A stretch of 64,000 bases of DNA from Octopus sinensis (lineage: Eukaryota). Positions 1 to 12,949 of the stretch are shown piece after piece; position 1 is the first letter of the stretch, and the number at the start of each line of letters is the position of its first letter. The position numbers and the translations under genes are program-made. A model generated the notes under the pieces. The model was not told the origin of the DNA. It searched no databases and was given only the letters and a program-made list of their open reading frames with translations. The DNA is taken from NCBI RefSeq assembly GCF_006345805.1, contig NC_043010.1, positions 3,782,001 through 3,846,000 on the forward strand. The letters are read 5' to 3'.

Positions 1-189
1 TAGTATAACTGTATTATATAATGAACCTATTGTCTATGCTGGCTTATGATATTATCTATGTTTGCAATACAGAATACCATAAATATGGGTTAAGTAAACA
101 ACAACCCATTGGTACCCATTGTCCTGAATGCAGAAACTTCTTGGTGGAAAATTAAGGGAATAATGTGCTGTAGTTTTCTTAAGTGTTCC

Positions 190-417
190 TTAACCATTTT
201 GTTACCAACCCGGCTGAAACTGGCTCTGGCACTGAGTACAAATGTCCTGTTTTCATAAGTTTTGAATTAAAATCTTCCACCAAATCTTAGTCGAAATTTA
301 CGTTCCTAACACTAGCTGAATGATAACTAAGTTATTTTACTAAATTCTTTGTTATATTTAAAGTAATTGAAAGAAACACAGAGCATCTCAAAATATATAC
401 AGTAATGAAAGGGTTAA
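190..417. mobile_element. TTAA-flanked MITE (piggyBac-like non-autonomous)
   Basis: TTAA|CCATTTTGTTAC ... GTAATGAAAGGG|TTAA: imperfect TIRs with TTAA at both ends. Confidence 0.75.
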
Positions 418-1737
418 GTATAGTGGCTGATTTCAGTTACTAATTTTAAAATTTTCTTTCTACATCATAAAATTTGAATTAGTATATTACATTAGTTGTA
501 TAACAGAAAAATATTCAACCAGATAACTAAACATACTCAGTTGTCTTAAGATACTGCTAAGAACTCATCTAATGCAGCACACCTCACCAGTATATACTAC
601 TTAATGCTATTTAAATGTTTTTCAAACTAATTTCTTGTTGATTTTATTTAGGAAATTAAGGGATAGAGAGAGCTGTGTCATTTATAGATTTTACAGTTCT
701 ATAGACATAAAAGTAAGTTATTTATATATTCTCCTTCCCTTTGGTAGAGTGGAATAGTTCCTTGTTGAGTGTTAGCAGCAGTAATTAATTTAAGCTTCAT
801 TTTTAATTGCAAAATTTTACTTATCATAATCTTTATGGATTTTCTGCTACCTTTTAATAGATTGTTAATTTTTGTCATGTTTCCATCTTTGTTCATAATA
901 ATGAATAAATTGCTCTTATCGCTTTTGCATATTAACATTTTATAGTTGTTTTCCAGGCCTTTCAGAACCATTGAGTTTCAGATTAACTGCTTTTTTATGG
1001 CTACGTGTATCTGTGTATATTGCTTTCAACTCAGAATAAGCTTTTAAGTTTATTATCTATTTTAATTGTTTTTTTCTTTTTGTTTTGTTTTTCTTTTATC
1101 TCAATTGATCGGTAGACTAGTTCAAGTTGAACTCTCTTTCAATTTAAGTCTATTTCCTTAATAATTGAAGGTATCAAAGTTGAGAAATGAAATTTGATCT
1201 TGAATCAGTCTGTGAAGGTTTAACAAATTTAGCTTCCTACTTGGCAGTACGATTCACATTGTAGAAACTGTTAAACTTTTTCTTTGCATTATATGCATCT
1301 TATTTCCTATGAAAGGGATATTTGTAAATTATCAATAGCTATGAGAATATTATTAATAAATGTTTGTTATTTAGTGATTTGCTGTTGTCTTTCCTTAGAT
1401 GTATAATTTCCACTTGTGGTTTTTCTATCTTCTATGCTAAGTTTATTTGGCTTTCAATATTTTGTCTGAATCCTATAGTGCAGTGTTGTATGTTTTGTCA
1501 TAACATTTTTGTCTTTTGTGTATAAGGGAATATGTTTTTTTAAAATATATGCTTTTAAAAGCACAGCCAATTCTCACAAGTGGGAAAGTCTAGAAACATT
1601 GATGGACCAAAGAAATGTATTGTTCCAGTTAAAACATAAAGCACAAAGAAGGAACAATAAAAAGCCCCACTTTAATTAAAAAAGTTAAAACTGGACCATA
1701 GTCATGTTTTCTGTGACTCACACACACACATGTGCAT

Positions 1738-1778
<41 letters not shown>

Positions 1779-2149
1779 CCTGCTTACAATGTCTCATTAA
1801 CTCTCTCTCACTCACAAACATGAAGTCTGGTTTCTGTCCAATTAGAATTGAAGAATGCTATTTGTTCCATGATTCATTGATATTCTGCAAGAAGAGAAAA
1901 TTCCTATTATCATTAAAATAGATCATCTTACAAACCACGATTCATTGAAAATGATCTTGAGAAATAAATTGAACGTAAATGTCAAATGAAATAATTAAGG
2001 ATAGATAAGATGTTAGAAGTTCTGACTGCCTTAGGTGCAGCATTGTCAACGACTATCATGTAAATCAAACTGACACGGTCATCTCCCTCATATAATATGC
2101 TGTTATCTTAAAAAAGGGAGGACATATCAGACAAAGTAGTCCTGGATTC

Positions 2150-2590
2150 TCTATTCTTTCTTTCAGTCATTGGACTGCAGCCATGCTGGGGTCCTGCCTG
2201 GAAGAGTTTTAATCAAACAAATTGCTCCTAGTTCTAATTTTTAGTGTGGTACATATTCTATTTGTCTCTTTTTCTGAACCACTAAGTCATGAAACCATGA
2301 ACAAACCAACATCAACCATCAAGTGATGGGGAAAGAGGGACAAACAGAAAGACGCACACAGATATGCATACATGCATGTGCGCGTGTGCACACACACACC
2401 CACACATACACACGCACATGCATGCATGATGTGCTTCTACACAGTTTCTGTCTACCAAATTCACCGTTAAGGCATTGGTCAGCCTGTGCAGCATGTTGAG
2501 CTACACTTGCCCAACATGTTGCACAGTAGGACTGAACCCAAAATCTTGTGGTTGCATAGTGATTTTCCTAACCACAATGCTGTGCCATGG
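2150..2590 (-). mobile_element. Degenerate CORE-type tRNA SINE (family B) with internal (CA)n
   Basis: Collinear with the intact copies at 32255 and 59553 (tttcagtcattggactgcagccatgctgg ... cacttgcccaac ... ggactgaaccca). Confidence 0.8.
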
Positions 2591-3319
2591 TATATATAAA
2601 AAAAAAAACTAAAAGAAGAAAATTGACATGGTTGGAATGTCTTTGATCATTGAAACTCACCTAGGGCCAAAACAAAAGTTATGTAATTTAAATAAAGTAA
2701 AGAAATGTAAATTGATTTAGATGTAAGTTAATGGAATTAATATTAAAAGTTGATATAGAAAATCACTGATTATTTTATAAGCAAAATAAGAGTTGAAAGA
2801 TGGATAAAAGACGTCGAAACACAAATGAATATTTTCTGAAATATATGTTGCATAAATACTAATCAAAGAACATATACCTAAAGACCTTCACACTTTTTAT
2901 ATCAACCTGCATAAGTTCATTTTTGGTTCTACAACACATCCTCCTGTTTTATTTAACAACCTTCGGTTCAGTCATTTTACAAACAGCTTATTAATGAAAA
3001 TTAGCTATTTTTACCAAAACCTCCCACAAACTCTTGATTATTTTCAAATTTAATTCAAAGATATATAGAGTGTAATAAGCCAAAATCTGTAATCATTATT
3101 GAAGGATATATTTTTTAATTTGATTCTGCATAAAACAGATATCATCACAATAACATGAAATGTTTCGTTTATAAAGAATGAGTTTAAATTACCAAAGAAA
3201 TCATTCAACAATAAATATCCTATGGTACAAAAGTGACATTTTTGTTGTTATATAATGGTAATTATTACACACATGTGAGTGAGAACACTTTGAGATATTT
3301 TTGGTATCTAACATATGTC

Positions 3320-3620
3320 AGATACTGCGAGCGCTGCTTCTGATTGGTCAATCCATGGTGATGACCCGAGGTCACGGTGACAGCGCTGCTTCTGATTGGT
3401 CAATTCATGGTGATGACCCGAGGTCACGGTAACGGCACTACTTTTGTCATTCATAAGTTACAGCTAAACGTGAAGAATTTAGTTATTGGGTTAATAAAAT
3501 ATGGTCGTTTATTTGTGTGTAATAAACAAAATACCAAACTCATTCCCTATGGATACCGTATTTATTACAACTCATGGCTTGTAATAAATACGGTATCCAT
3601 AGGGAACTCGTTTGGTATTC
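3320..3620. other. CpG-retaining island with a 52-bp tandem duplication and a perfect 28-bp hairpin; probable non-autonomous DNA element
   Basis: Two 52-bp units at 3330-3381 and 3382-3433 (2 mismatches). Perfect inverted repeat at 3543-3570 / 3579-3606. The element class is uncertain. Confidence 0.6.
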
Positions 3621-3884
3621 TCTCTTTATCAGCCACATATATTCAATGTACATGCCAGTTGTACCTGCTGGTAGGCTGTGATTTGGCATGGTGGACAACA
3701 CTCTCTTAAAGTGTCAGATGTCAAAACATCTGAAAGTCATGGACAGACAAGACAACTCACCTCTAATTCCATCCAGGTATGATGGACATCGATGTTTCAC
3801 TATTTTTCTGGTTTATCAAAATCACATACCCGGACAGGATTGGAAATGACTCACATCGCCAGTCCACAACTTATATGCATATAT

Positions 3885-4112
3885 ATTTATTGCCCACAAG
3901 GGGCTAAACACAGAGGGGACAAACAAGGATAGACAAACGGATTAAGTCGAGTACATCGCCGCCAGTGCGTAACTGGTACTTAATTTATCGACCCCGAAAG
4001 GATGAAAGGCAAAGTCGACCTCGGCGGAATTTGAACTCAGAACGTAACGACAGACAAAATACGGCCACGCATTTCGCCCGGCGTGCTAACGTTTCTGCCA
4101 GCTCGCCGCCTT
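3885..4112 (-). mobile_element. tRNA SINE with Nin/Deu-like core, tail type A1 (octopus OR2-like, tentative)
   Basis: Reverse complement reads aaggcggcgagctggcagaaacgttagcacg...gcctttcatcctttcggggtcgataaattaagtacc...ttagccccttgtgggc. TSD catatatat. Confidence 0.9.
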
Positions 4113-4709
4113 CATATATATGCATATAGCATGCAAACTATGTGCGGATATGCATACATTAGAATAAATCCAAATATGTAATAGAAGCTTCTATTTCATA
4201 TTTGAATACAGATTGTATTTTAGTAGAAAAAAAATTGTAATGAAATGGTTAAGAATATTTTCACACAATGCTTTTGTCTCTTTTGTTTGGTAAAGCAGTG
4301 GTTATAATACATTGAATCAGTTATATGGGACTAGAAGTCTATGTGGAGTATTACAAAGCAATTTATTATCCAAGTAGAATTAATTCTGGAAGTAGAGAAT
4401 AAAGTTGGAAGAGCAAGCTCAAACAAAAGGACCTGAATATGTACGATATGAAGTTAATAAAATGGTTCTTTAAAAGATAAGTGAGTTAGGGAAACAGCTA
4501 TTCTCAAAATGCAAGAATGAACATGTGGTATGACTGAACAGTCTGTGAAAATACATCTGGTTCTGTAGAGAGTCAGTCTGGCAGATAGGAAGCTAATCTT
4601 CTAATTCAGCTACATGCATGTACTTTGAATATAGGTTAGGTTAGGAACATGCTGTCCAACCCAAGACAAAACAATAGCGAGCTTATAGATTTTCTGAAAT
4701 GATAATAGT

Positions 4710-5104
4710 GGGATGGAAGCACTCCGTCGGTTACGACGATGAGGGTTCCGGTTGATCCAAATCAATGGAACAGCCTGCTCGTGAAATTAACATGTAAGTG
4801 GCTGAGCACTCCAAAGACACGTGCAGTCTTAACGTAATTCTCGGGGATATTCAGCATGACACAGAGAGTGACAAGCAAGGCCGGCCCCTTGAAATACAGG
4901 TACAACAGAAACAGGAAGTAAGAGTGAGAGAAAGTTGTGGTGAAAGAGTACAGCAGGGATCACCACCATCCCCTGCCGGAGCCTCGTGGAGCTTTTAGGT
5001 GTTTTCGCTCAATAAACACTCACAATACCCGGTCTGGGAATCGAAACTGCGATTCTACGACCGCGAGTCCGCTGCCCTAACCACTGGGCCATTGCGCCTC
5101 CACC
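4710..5104 (-). mobile_element. tRNA-derived SINE family C (~395 bp), full length
   Basis: Reverse-complement head gtggaggcgcaatggcccagtggttagggcagcggac with box A/B-like motifs. 12-bp TSD aatgataatagt. Near-identical to 31288-31676. Confidence 0.92.
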
Positions 5105-5829
5105 AATGATAATAGTAGTGGTGACAGGAGTAGCAAGGAGGTAGAGGAGAAGGAGAGCATTGTTGTAAATTTGAGAATGACTGTTTTGGTAAAAGAGTAC
5201 TTTGAAATGCTAAGCAAAATGTATTAAATTTGTGAATGGCTGCTAGAGATGAAAAGAGTATACTCTCCCTTTATGTCTGCGGAATGTCAGAAGTAGCAGA
5301 TGACTGGGATGTGAAAGTGAAAGAGAAATGGAAACAGATGAAGTCAGCCGTAGAAATGATTCAACTTAAGTTTTTGTGTAAAGGGTGGCATGTTATATGG
5401 TCATCAAAGAGTCAGCAATCCTAAAGGATATATGGCTGAGAGAAGTGAGGGGCATAATGGTGGGAAAATATGTTGAGTTGGTAGAAGAATATAATGGTGT
5501 GGGCAGAGCTGTGGACAGTAAAGACTGTATAGGACTAACTACTGAGAGGTGAGTTGGGGTTTTGGATTTTGTTGAAAGAGGAGACATATTTGTAGTGTCT
5601 GTTGGATAGTACAGAAGTTGGCAAGAAATATCGGAAAAGGTACTTCAGGGGGCATCTCAATGTAGTACCTACCAGTAACCAGAGATGTACAGTATTTAAA
5701 TGGCTAAAATATCAATTAGGGCTGGTGATTCTGTGATACATAGCAAGAAACTTCATTTGTTGATATTTTATAAGCTTTTGTATAACAAAAGCAACAACAA
5801 CAATAAAAGCCACAATAAAAATAATCGAT

Positions 5830-6046
5830 TTTTAGGCAGAATCATTAGCATGCTGGGTAAAATGCTCATCGGTATTTTGTCCATCTTTATGTTCTGAGTT
5901 CAAATTCCTCCGAGGTCGACTTTGCCTTTCATCCTTTTGAGATCGATAAATTAAGTACCAGTCAAGTATTGGAATTGATGTAACTGACTTTCCCCCTCCC
6001 CACAAAATTTCAGGCCTTGTGCCTGTAGTTGAAAGGATTATTATTA

Positions 6047-6085
<39 letters not shown>

Positions 6086-6115
6086 GTATTAAGGTGGTGC
6101 CTGTAGTAGAAAGGA

Positions 6116-6152
<37 letters not shown>

Positions 6153-6600
6153 GGTGGTGAGCTAGCAGAATCTTTAGCACGCTGGGTGAAATGCTTAACA
6201 GTATTTTGTCTGCTGCAATGTTCTGAGTTCAAATTCTGCCGAGGTTGACTTTACTTTTCATCCTTTCGAGGTCGATGAATTAAGTTCCAGTCAAGTACTG
6301 GGATCAGTGTGATTGACTGCCCCATCCCCAGAAAAATCCAGGCCTTGTGCCTATAGTAGAAAGTATTATTATTATAATTGTTATTAGAATAATGCTAATA
6401 GATTGGTAGAATTGAAAGAGTAACAAACAAAATATTTTGCAGTATTTCTTCCAACTCTTTACATTTCGAGTTCAATTGTTGACTTTGCTTTTCATATTTT
6501 TAGGGTAAAAAATTCATATATCTATGAACTACAGGTATATAATTGATTAATCACCCCCCCCCTATCAAAATAGTCGACCGTGTATCTAGGAGAAAGCTCC
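5830..6600 (+). mobile_element. Head-to-tail array of A2 SINEs separated by (ATT)n
   Basis: Units at ~5832, 6151 and ~6390 share the core (ctgagttcaaattc...gcctttcatcc...aagtaccag). The first two end gccttgtgcct(a/g)tagt(a/t)gaaagnattatt. Confidence 0.85.
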
Positions 6601-7016
6601 ATCAAAAGTTTTATAATTTATTTGGTGATAAGATATTTTCTTTCAGTTTGTAAGCAAGGGAGTTTTGTAACTTTTGCTCATGTACCCTATCAGCTGGGTT
6701 AAAAGAAACAGCTGTCTTTTAGACATATATTATGTTTTTGAAATATTTCTTGGTTTACACGTTTCCTAGATGACTTCTTTTTGCTAAGTAGTAGTAAAAG
6801 ATGCTAGCTTGAGCATGGCACCAGATGTCTCCAAAAGTTTTGATAAAAGTTTTGAAAACAATAGCACAAAATTTGAAACATGAACGACAAACTATGATGT
6901 CAGTTAAGCAAGTAGACACAGTGACAATCACAGACATTAACACTTTAAAATACTTACACACACACATTCAAATGAATATGAATGAATAAACACAAACTCA
7001 TTTGCTGTGAGGCAGA

Positions 7017-7190
7017 CATCATCATCATCATCATCATCATCATCGTTTAACATCCGCTTTCCATGCTAGCATGGGTTGGACGATTTTGACTGAGGTCTGG
7101 CGAACCAGATGGCTGCACCAGGCTCCAATCTGATCTGGCAGAGTTTCTACAGCTGGATGCCCTTCCTAACGCCATGCTCTTCCTAACACC
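7017..7190 (-). mobile_element. RTE-type LINE/SINE 3' end with (GAT)n tail
   Basis: Reverse complement: ...aggaagggcatccagctgtagaaac...gcatggaaagcggatgttaaacgatgatgat. Same as the end of 51830-52260. Confidence 0.8.
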
Positions 7191-8639
7191 ATACAAATGA
7201 TGAAAACATTATTTTCTGGTTAGCTCCCAGAAAATAAAAGAAGATGGAAGGTACTGTCTTTTTTGCCCCCAAAATACTTTCAGGAACAGACAAGGAGGAC
7301 AGTATCTTACTTATGTCTTGTCCACAATACAGGGTGTTTTCTTAAGCTTACAAAAGAACAGTTGAAACAGTTGATAGAAACCCTGAACCATATGTGGCAC
7401 AATGTGTGTTTCATCAACTGAGATGGAGTATATGGAAGTAAGTGCCTGGATTTTAAGACCAAGAGTTGGCATGATGACAATTAGAGTTGATTGATCACAC
7501 ACTTGCTGACAAGCTTCTGCTGTAAGAAATAGAATAACAGAAAACAAAAACCATGACCAAAGACATTAGTTGTGACATCGATGCCTGGATCATTTAATTT
7601 TTTAACACAATACAGCCAGGCAGTAAGTAAGGAGGCAACATGAAATAAAATGTAGTCACATGGGGTTTGCAAGGAAAATTAGGTCTTAATAACCCCTGTG
7701 AAACACAATTCTACTCTAGAGTTGTACTTCATTGTAGAAAGAAAAACAGTTAGACTGGCCATGCAGCGTAGAAAGCACGTTTTTCACACATGTGTTACTA
7801 TGAGCCATATGAGGGCTTTTTTAACCCACAGAAACAGTAAAAAAAATAAAGAGACAAAAGGAGGGAAGAAGCTGACAATAGGAAAAGCAACAACAACAAC
7901 AGGTACTAGAAACTATTGTTTCAAGAATTATCAGTCCTTAAGGCTAAGGTGCCAATGACTTAGAAGATAATAGGTCTCTTCCCAGTAGTTCCACTCCAGT
8001 GACTTGCAATGATTGGGAACAAATGGAGGCTAAAGAGGAATGGAAAACTGTTAGGGATGTCTAAAAAAAAAATGAAAGAAGTCACAGAACAAGAAGAATG
8101 AGCCCAAGTGGGAGACAAACAAGATCTGCTTCTTTGTAAGTCATGAGATTCTTAGTTCTTTGAATAACCAATAAAGGGATGCTGGATTATCTGAACAAAC
8201 TGAAGTGAGATTTGGAGAGTGATGAGCTGATTGGGAAGATAGGGTCATATTTTGTTGAACACTTAAAAGATAGACAGCTTGTAAGAAACAAATTAGTAGT
8301 GTGCTCAAGGTCAAGACAGGACTTGAGCCTGGCTGAACACTAAGAATGATTTCAGGAGTACTGCAATTAAATACTGGGAGAAAAGGTAGTTGATATAAAA
8401 GAGTGTCCTGAACCAACCTAAGTGGCAGCATCTCACGAGGTTACCCTTATTTGTTAATATTTTTTTCATATATATTTTTGTTTATGTGTACTGTTTATGT
8501 GTATATTGTGTAATGCTTTTCTCTCAGCCTCTCACTTTCATATAAATTGCATTTATCTATATATATCTAGTAATCCCATTGTAATACGTTGTGGTATGAA
8601 TGTACACTGGTGGCAAATAGAATGAAGAAATTATCATTG

Positions 8640-9320
8640 AAGGTGTTGGATAACATCATCAACTGAATGCTGGACAAAACTCCTTTTGATACAAAGTTAT
8701 GTCTTTATATTCTAAGTTTAAATGTTGCCAAGGTTGATTCAGCTTTTCAACCTTATGAGATCAATAAAATAAGTACTTGTCAAGTTAATTTTATTGAATA
8801 TTTCTCACCTAAATCAGAGAGCATATTATCATTATTGCTGCATTAGATTAGAAGATTGGTTGAGTGGCACATAAAATACCTTCATCCTTTTAAATTCTGA
8901 GTTCACCAACCACTGATGTCAGTTTTGCCTTTCATCCTCCCAGAGTAGATACACTAAGTATAATTCTAGTATTTCTGTCAATCTAATCATCTCTTCATCA
9001 GATATTGGGGCCTTATCATCATCAGATATTAGGGCCTCACGTATGAGGCCCCAATATCTGTTGCCTCATACTTATATTAAAATCTTTTATTGTTGTTATT
9101 ATTGTTAAGGCAGTGGAGTGGAAAAGCAACAGGTGCAGCAAACTAAATTTTTAAAAATATTTAGTTATAATCCATTTCATTTCTGGGTTCAAACTTCACC
9201 AAAGTGGACTATATCTTTCATTGCACTTGGGTTGATAAAAAAAAAGTTACCAGTTTAGTACTGTTGTCAGCTACACCATTACCCACAAGATGTGTGACAT
9301 TGTTCCATTACTTTTTATAC
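8640..9320 (+). mobile_element. Three decayed A2 SINE copies in tandem
   Basis: Repeated core remnants (gcctttcatcc, ttctgagttc, aagtac) separated by short attatt runs. Confidence 0.6.
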
Positions 9321-9544
9321 TTGTTTATACAGTGAAGATGATTGCTGGAAAGGAAAATGGTTTTTCTTTCTCATTCGATCAGACGACAGCAAGCAGAAAC
9401 TATTTTTAGAATAATGGCTGCTTCAAGCAATGTAGGAATTCATATGGTGTTGATGTTTTTTTGCAAAGCCATGCTGGCTGTGACTATTTTTGCCGCAATA
9501 TTTTGTGCTTACCTACATGATTGCTTTAACCAAACATCTGACTA

Positions 9545-10290
9545 CTCATCGTCATCATCATATGCCTGTTTTTCATGCTGGCATGAGTTGGACAATTTGA
9601 CAGGAGCTGGCAAGGCACCAGATTCCATTATCTGTTTTGGCTTGGTCTCTATGGCTGGATGCCCTTCCTAACACCAATCACTCCACAAGTGCACTGAGTA
9701 CTTTTTATGTAGTACCATTACAGGTGCTTTTAACATGGTACCTACAGAGTGTACTGCGTGCTTTTTACATGGCACTAGCACCAGTGCTTTTTATGTGGAA
9801 CCAGCATCAGTCTTTTTTACATGGAACCAGCACCCGTGCTTTTTGTGTGGCACCATCACCAGTACTTTTTACATGAGTGGGAGGGCCTTCTTGAGTACAG
9901 CAATGTACCATATTTCGTGCTCCTTTGTAAATTCATTTGTAAGACTCAGCTTTTTGAGATTAGCCTTCAATACTTCATCTTGTGTCTTCCCGGGTCTCCC
10001 TCTTCTACAACTTCCACCCACTTCAAGTGATCAGCTCTTGTTTATGCAACTATCCTCATCCTAATGCATCACATGACCAAACCAGTGCAGTCTTCTCCCT
10101 TGCATGCTGCTCCTAATTCCTCTTATGTCTAACTTTTTCTCTCAGTACACTAGCACTCTGTCACACATGTACACAGACATTGCACATCCAGCAGAGCATT
10201 CTCAAGTCTTGGCATGTCCTCTGCATTCAGAGCCCACATCTCTCTTAAGCAATATATTGGTCTCCGCTTGCATCACTGTTGATTTATATA
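9545..10290 (-). mobile_element. 5'-truncated RTE-clade LINE (ORF2 C-terminus, 3'UTR with 26-bp tandem array, tail)
   Basis: Minus-strand translation gives ...SMQGRRLHWFGHVM*DEDSCINK...RRGRPGKT...IAVLKK, with the RTE hallmarks WFGHV and RGRP. The 3'UTR has ~7 copies of gtgctttttacatggcaccagcacca (9692-9873). Confidence 0.85.
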
Positions 10291-11522
10291 ATTCTTTTCG
10301 CTTCTTTATTAATGTCTCAGGGTTTTCTTTACATAATTATCTGCTTGGATATGGGAGAAGCGAGTTCCAAATACAACGCATTTTGGAATTTGGTTACGTC
10401 CCTTCACATTCTCAGTAACATGTTGTTAAGGTCAACTTCCATCTTTCTATGGGTGATAGAAGACCTGTCAGTAGGTAGAGAGGTAGAGTTGACTGAAGAT
10501 ACCACCAAAGTAATGTAAGCCTAAGTTAGAAAATATTATTACAATATTATCATACTAATAACAGAGTACTTCTGTTGGAAGCCAGCAAGTCACTACTGTT
10601 GAGAAATCCTCAGTTGTTGTTAAATTCAAACAACTAAAAAAATGAGAATAAAAATGATTTGGTTATATGAAAGTTTGCTTGGCCATACAGAAAAATACTG
10701 GATAGTCAACCAAATATGGTAATAAAAGATAAAGGAAGAAGTTGAGTAGAATAATTGATATATCATGTACTTTAGAGAAATGTATCTTTAGAAGAAATAG
10801 AAAAGTTTTCAAAATATAATAACTGAGACATAGCAAGATTGTGTGACATGGATACTGCTCTAGATCTCATAGACACAGGAATGTACTGAGTAATGATGAA
10901 TGATATGTAAATATAAAAAAGAAAGTAGATAGCTATCTAACATCACATAACTTAAGAATTAGAAAAAATTTGTACTTTTAGGAAGTATTTATATTAAAAA
11001 AAAAAAATCATCTCTAAAGGATGAAAAATAAGCAAAGAAAGCAACGGCAAGAATAACGAACAGTTCTACACAATCAGTGGTTATTGTGCACCAGAATGAT
11101 ACCTGCATATTACTCACACATGCATGCACGCACGCGCACACACACTACCACTGACAGTGACGACATTGACTTTCAAATAGCAAGGATGGGGGAGAACTCC
11201 TGCATGGTTGCTTTTCCAACGCACAAGATTTATATACAAAATCCAGTGTGGCATACAAGAAAGAAAATAATAAACAATAATGTCTTTTATTTGTTTCAAT
11301 AGCAACAGAGACAACAGAGACAATTCAATTCATTTCAGAACAATACAATGTAACTGAGAACAATACAAGGCCATAGAAATATTCAAATATATATACACAC
11401 ACACACACACACATATATATATGCACACTCACGCACACACATAATTATTTATATATATATATATATATACACACACGTATATATATATATATATATATAT
11501 GCACACTCATGCACACACATAA

Positions 11523-11571
<49 letters not shown>

Positions 11572-11719
11572 TATATAATTATTGTTGTAAAGATATGAAT
11601 AATATAATAAATACATGAACTATATTAGTAATAACAATAGTATGAAGAAGAAAAACTTATAACCATGAATCTACTCTACCTTAAAGTTAAGAAATAGCTT
11701 CATTAGAGTAGAGGACAAG

Positions 11720-11789
<70 letters not shown>

Positions 11790-12020
11790 TAATAATAATA
11801 ATAATGAGGATTTCAAATTTTTGTCACAAGAGCAGCTTGGTGAAGGGATTTAAGTCAATTACATCAACCCCAGTGTGTAACTGGTATCCATTTAATCAAC
11901 TCCTTAAAGATGAAAAGCAAAGTCACTCTCGGTGGAACTTGAACTCAGGACATAGAAGCAGATGAAATACCACAAAGTATTTTGTCTGGCTTGCTAATGA
12001 TTTTGCCAGCTCACTGTCTT
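11720..12020 (-). mobile_element. (AAT)n microsatellite plus an A2 SINE
   Basis: About 28 AAT units followed by a reverse-complement SINE core (ctggtatccatttaatcaac...gatgaaaagcaaagtc...gaactcag). Confidence 0.8.
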
Positions 12021-12029
12021 AATAATAGC

Positions 12030-12520
12030 AAAATCCTCGGGGATTTCCTAATCCGAACAGATCAGGTGTTAGAGCATAACAGACCAGACCTAGTGGTAAT
12101 GGACAAAGTGCACCACATATGCTATATAGTTGATGTTGCATGCCCCTTTGACTTATGAATAGTCAAAAAGGGAGGTGAAAAGATAGATAAATACAACCCT
12201 CTTGAATATGAAATAGCCTGGTTGTAGAAAATGAAGAAGGTGAAGATAGTGTCGATTATTGTTGGGTCCTTGGTAATAGTACCAGAAGGCATCAAGAGGA
12301 ATATAAAGGAAATGGGAATAGAGTGCCCAGTGGAACTGTTACAAAAGTTTTGCCTCCTTGGCATGGCCAGAATAATCAGGTAAGTATTAAGTAGCTGAGC
12401 AGAATGAATAGCATGGTACCATGGGCTGCAGGTAGTAAGCCTGTTATGCATGCAAGGCTCAAGGAGCTCCAAGAAAACCTGTGATAAATAGAAAATAATA
12501 ATAATAATAATAATAATGAT
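12030..12520 (+). mobile_element. R4/Dong-clade LINE 3' end: restriction-like endonuclease domain, 3'UTR and (AAT)n tail
   Basis: One frame with three internal stops: KILGDFLIRTDQVLEHNRPDLVVMDK...IVDVACPFD...EKIDKY...IIVGSLVIVP...LLQKFCLLGMARIIR. This is the RPD..D..P..K..KY RLE signature. Confidence 0.88.
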
Positions 12521-12524
12521 GATG

Positions 12525-12948
12525 CTTTCTGTTATAAGCACAAAGTCTGAAATTCTGGGGGAGGTGGCCAGTCAATTACATAGACCCCAATACTTGACTG
12601 GTACTTAATTTATTGACCCCGAAATAATGAAAGACAACACTGACTTTGCCAAAATTTGAGCTTTGTGTAAAGACATGAAATGCCTTTAATGCCATTTTGT
12701 CCAGCATGCCACCTCAATACTAATTAAAATAATCTTCTCAACTAAAGGTACAAGGCCAGAAATTTTGTGGGAGGGGGTAAGTCGATTACATCGATCCCAG
12801 TGCTTGACTGGTACTTAATCTATTGACCCTGAAAGGTTGAAAGGCAAAGGCTGCCTCAGTGGATATTGAACTTGGAATGTAAAAACAGACAAAATGCCAT
12901 TAAGCATTTTACCTGGCATGCTACCAATTCTGCCAGCTCACCATCTTA
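12525..12948 (-). mobile_element. Two tandem A2 SINEs inserted at the R4 (AAT)n tail
   Basis: Two reverse-complement cores (cttgactggtacttaat...gaccc...gaaag) starting at ~12525 and ~12735. Confidence 0.8.
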
Positions 12949-12949
12949 A

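Noticed and set aside
699-971. 90-aa minus-strand ORF and nearby protein-like stretches (also 19980-20345, 35450-35700, 50129-50437)
   Set aside because: No recognisable domain, weak or absent splice signals, and stop spacing compatible with random AT-rich sequence.
7327-7695. Possible mariner-type TIR pair (tacagggtg... / ...cccctgtg)
   Set aside because: The match is only ~8-10 bp and no transposase similarity is recognisable inside.
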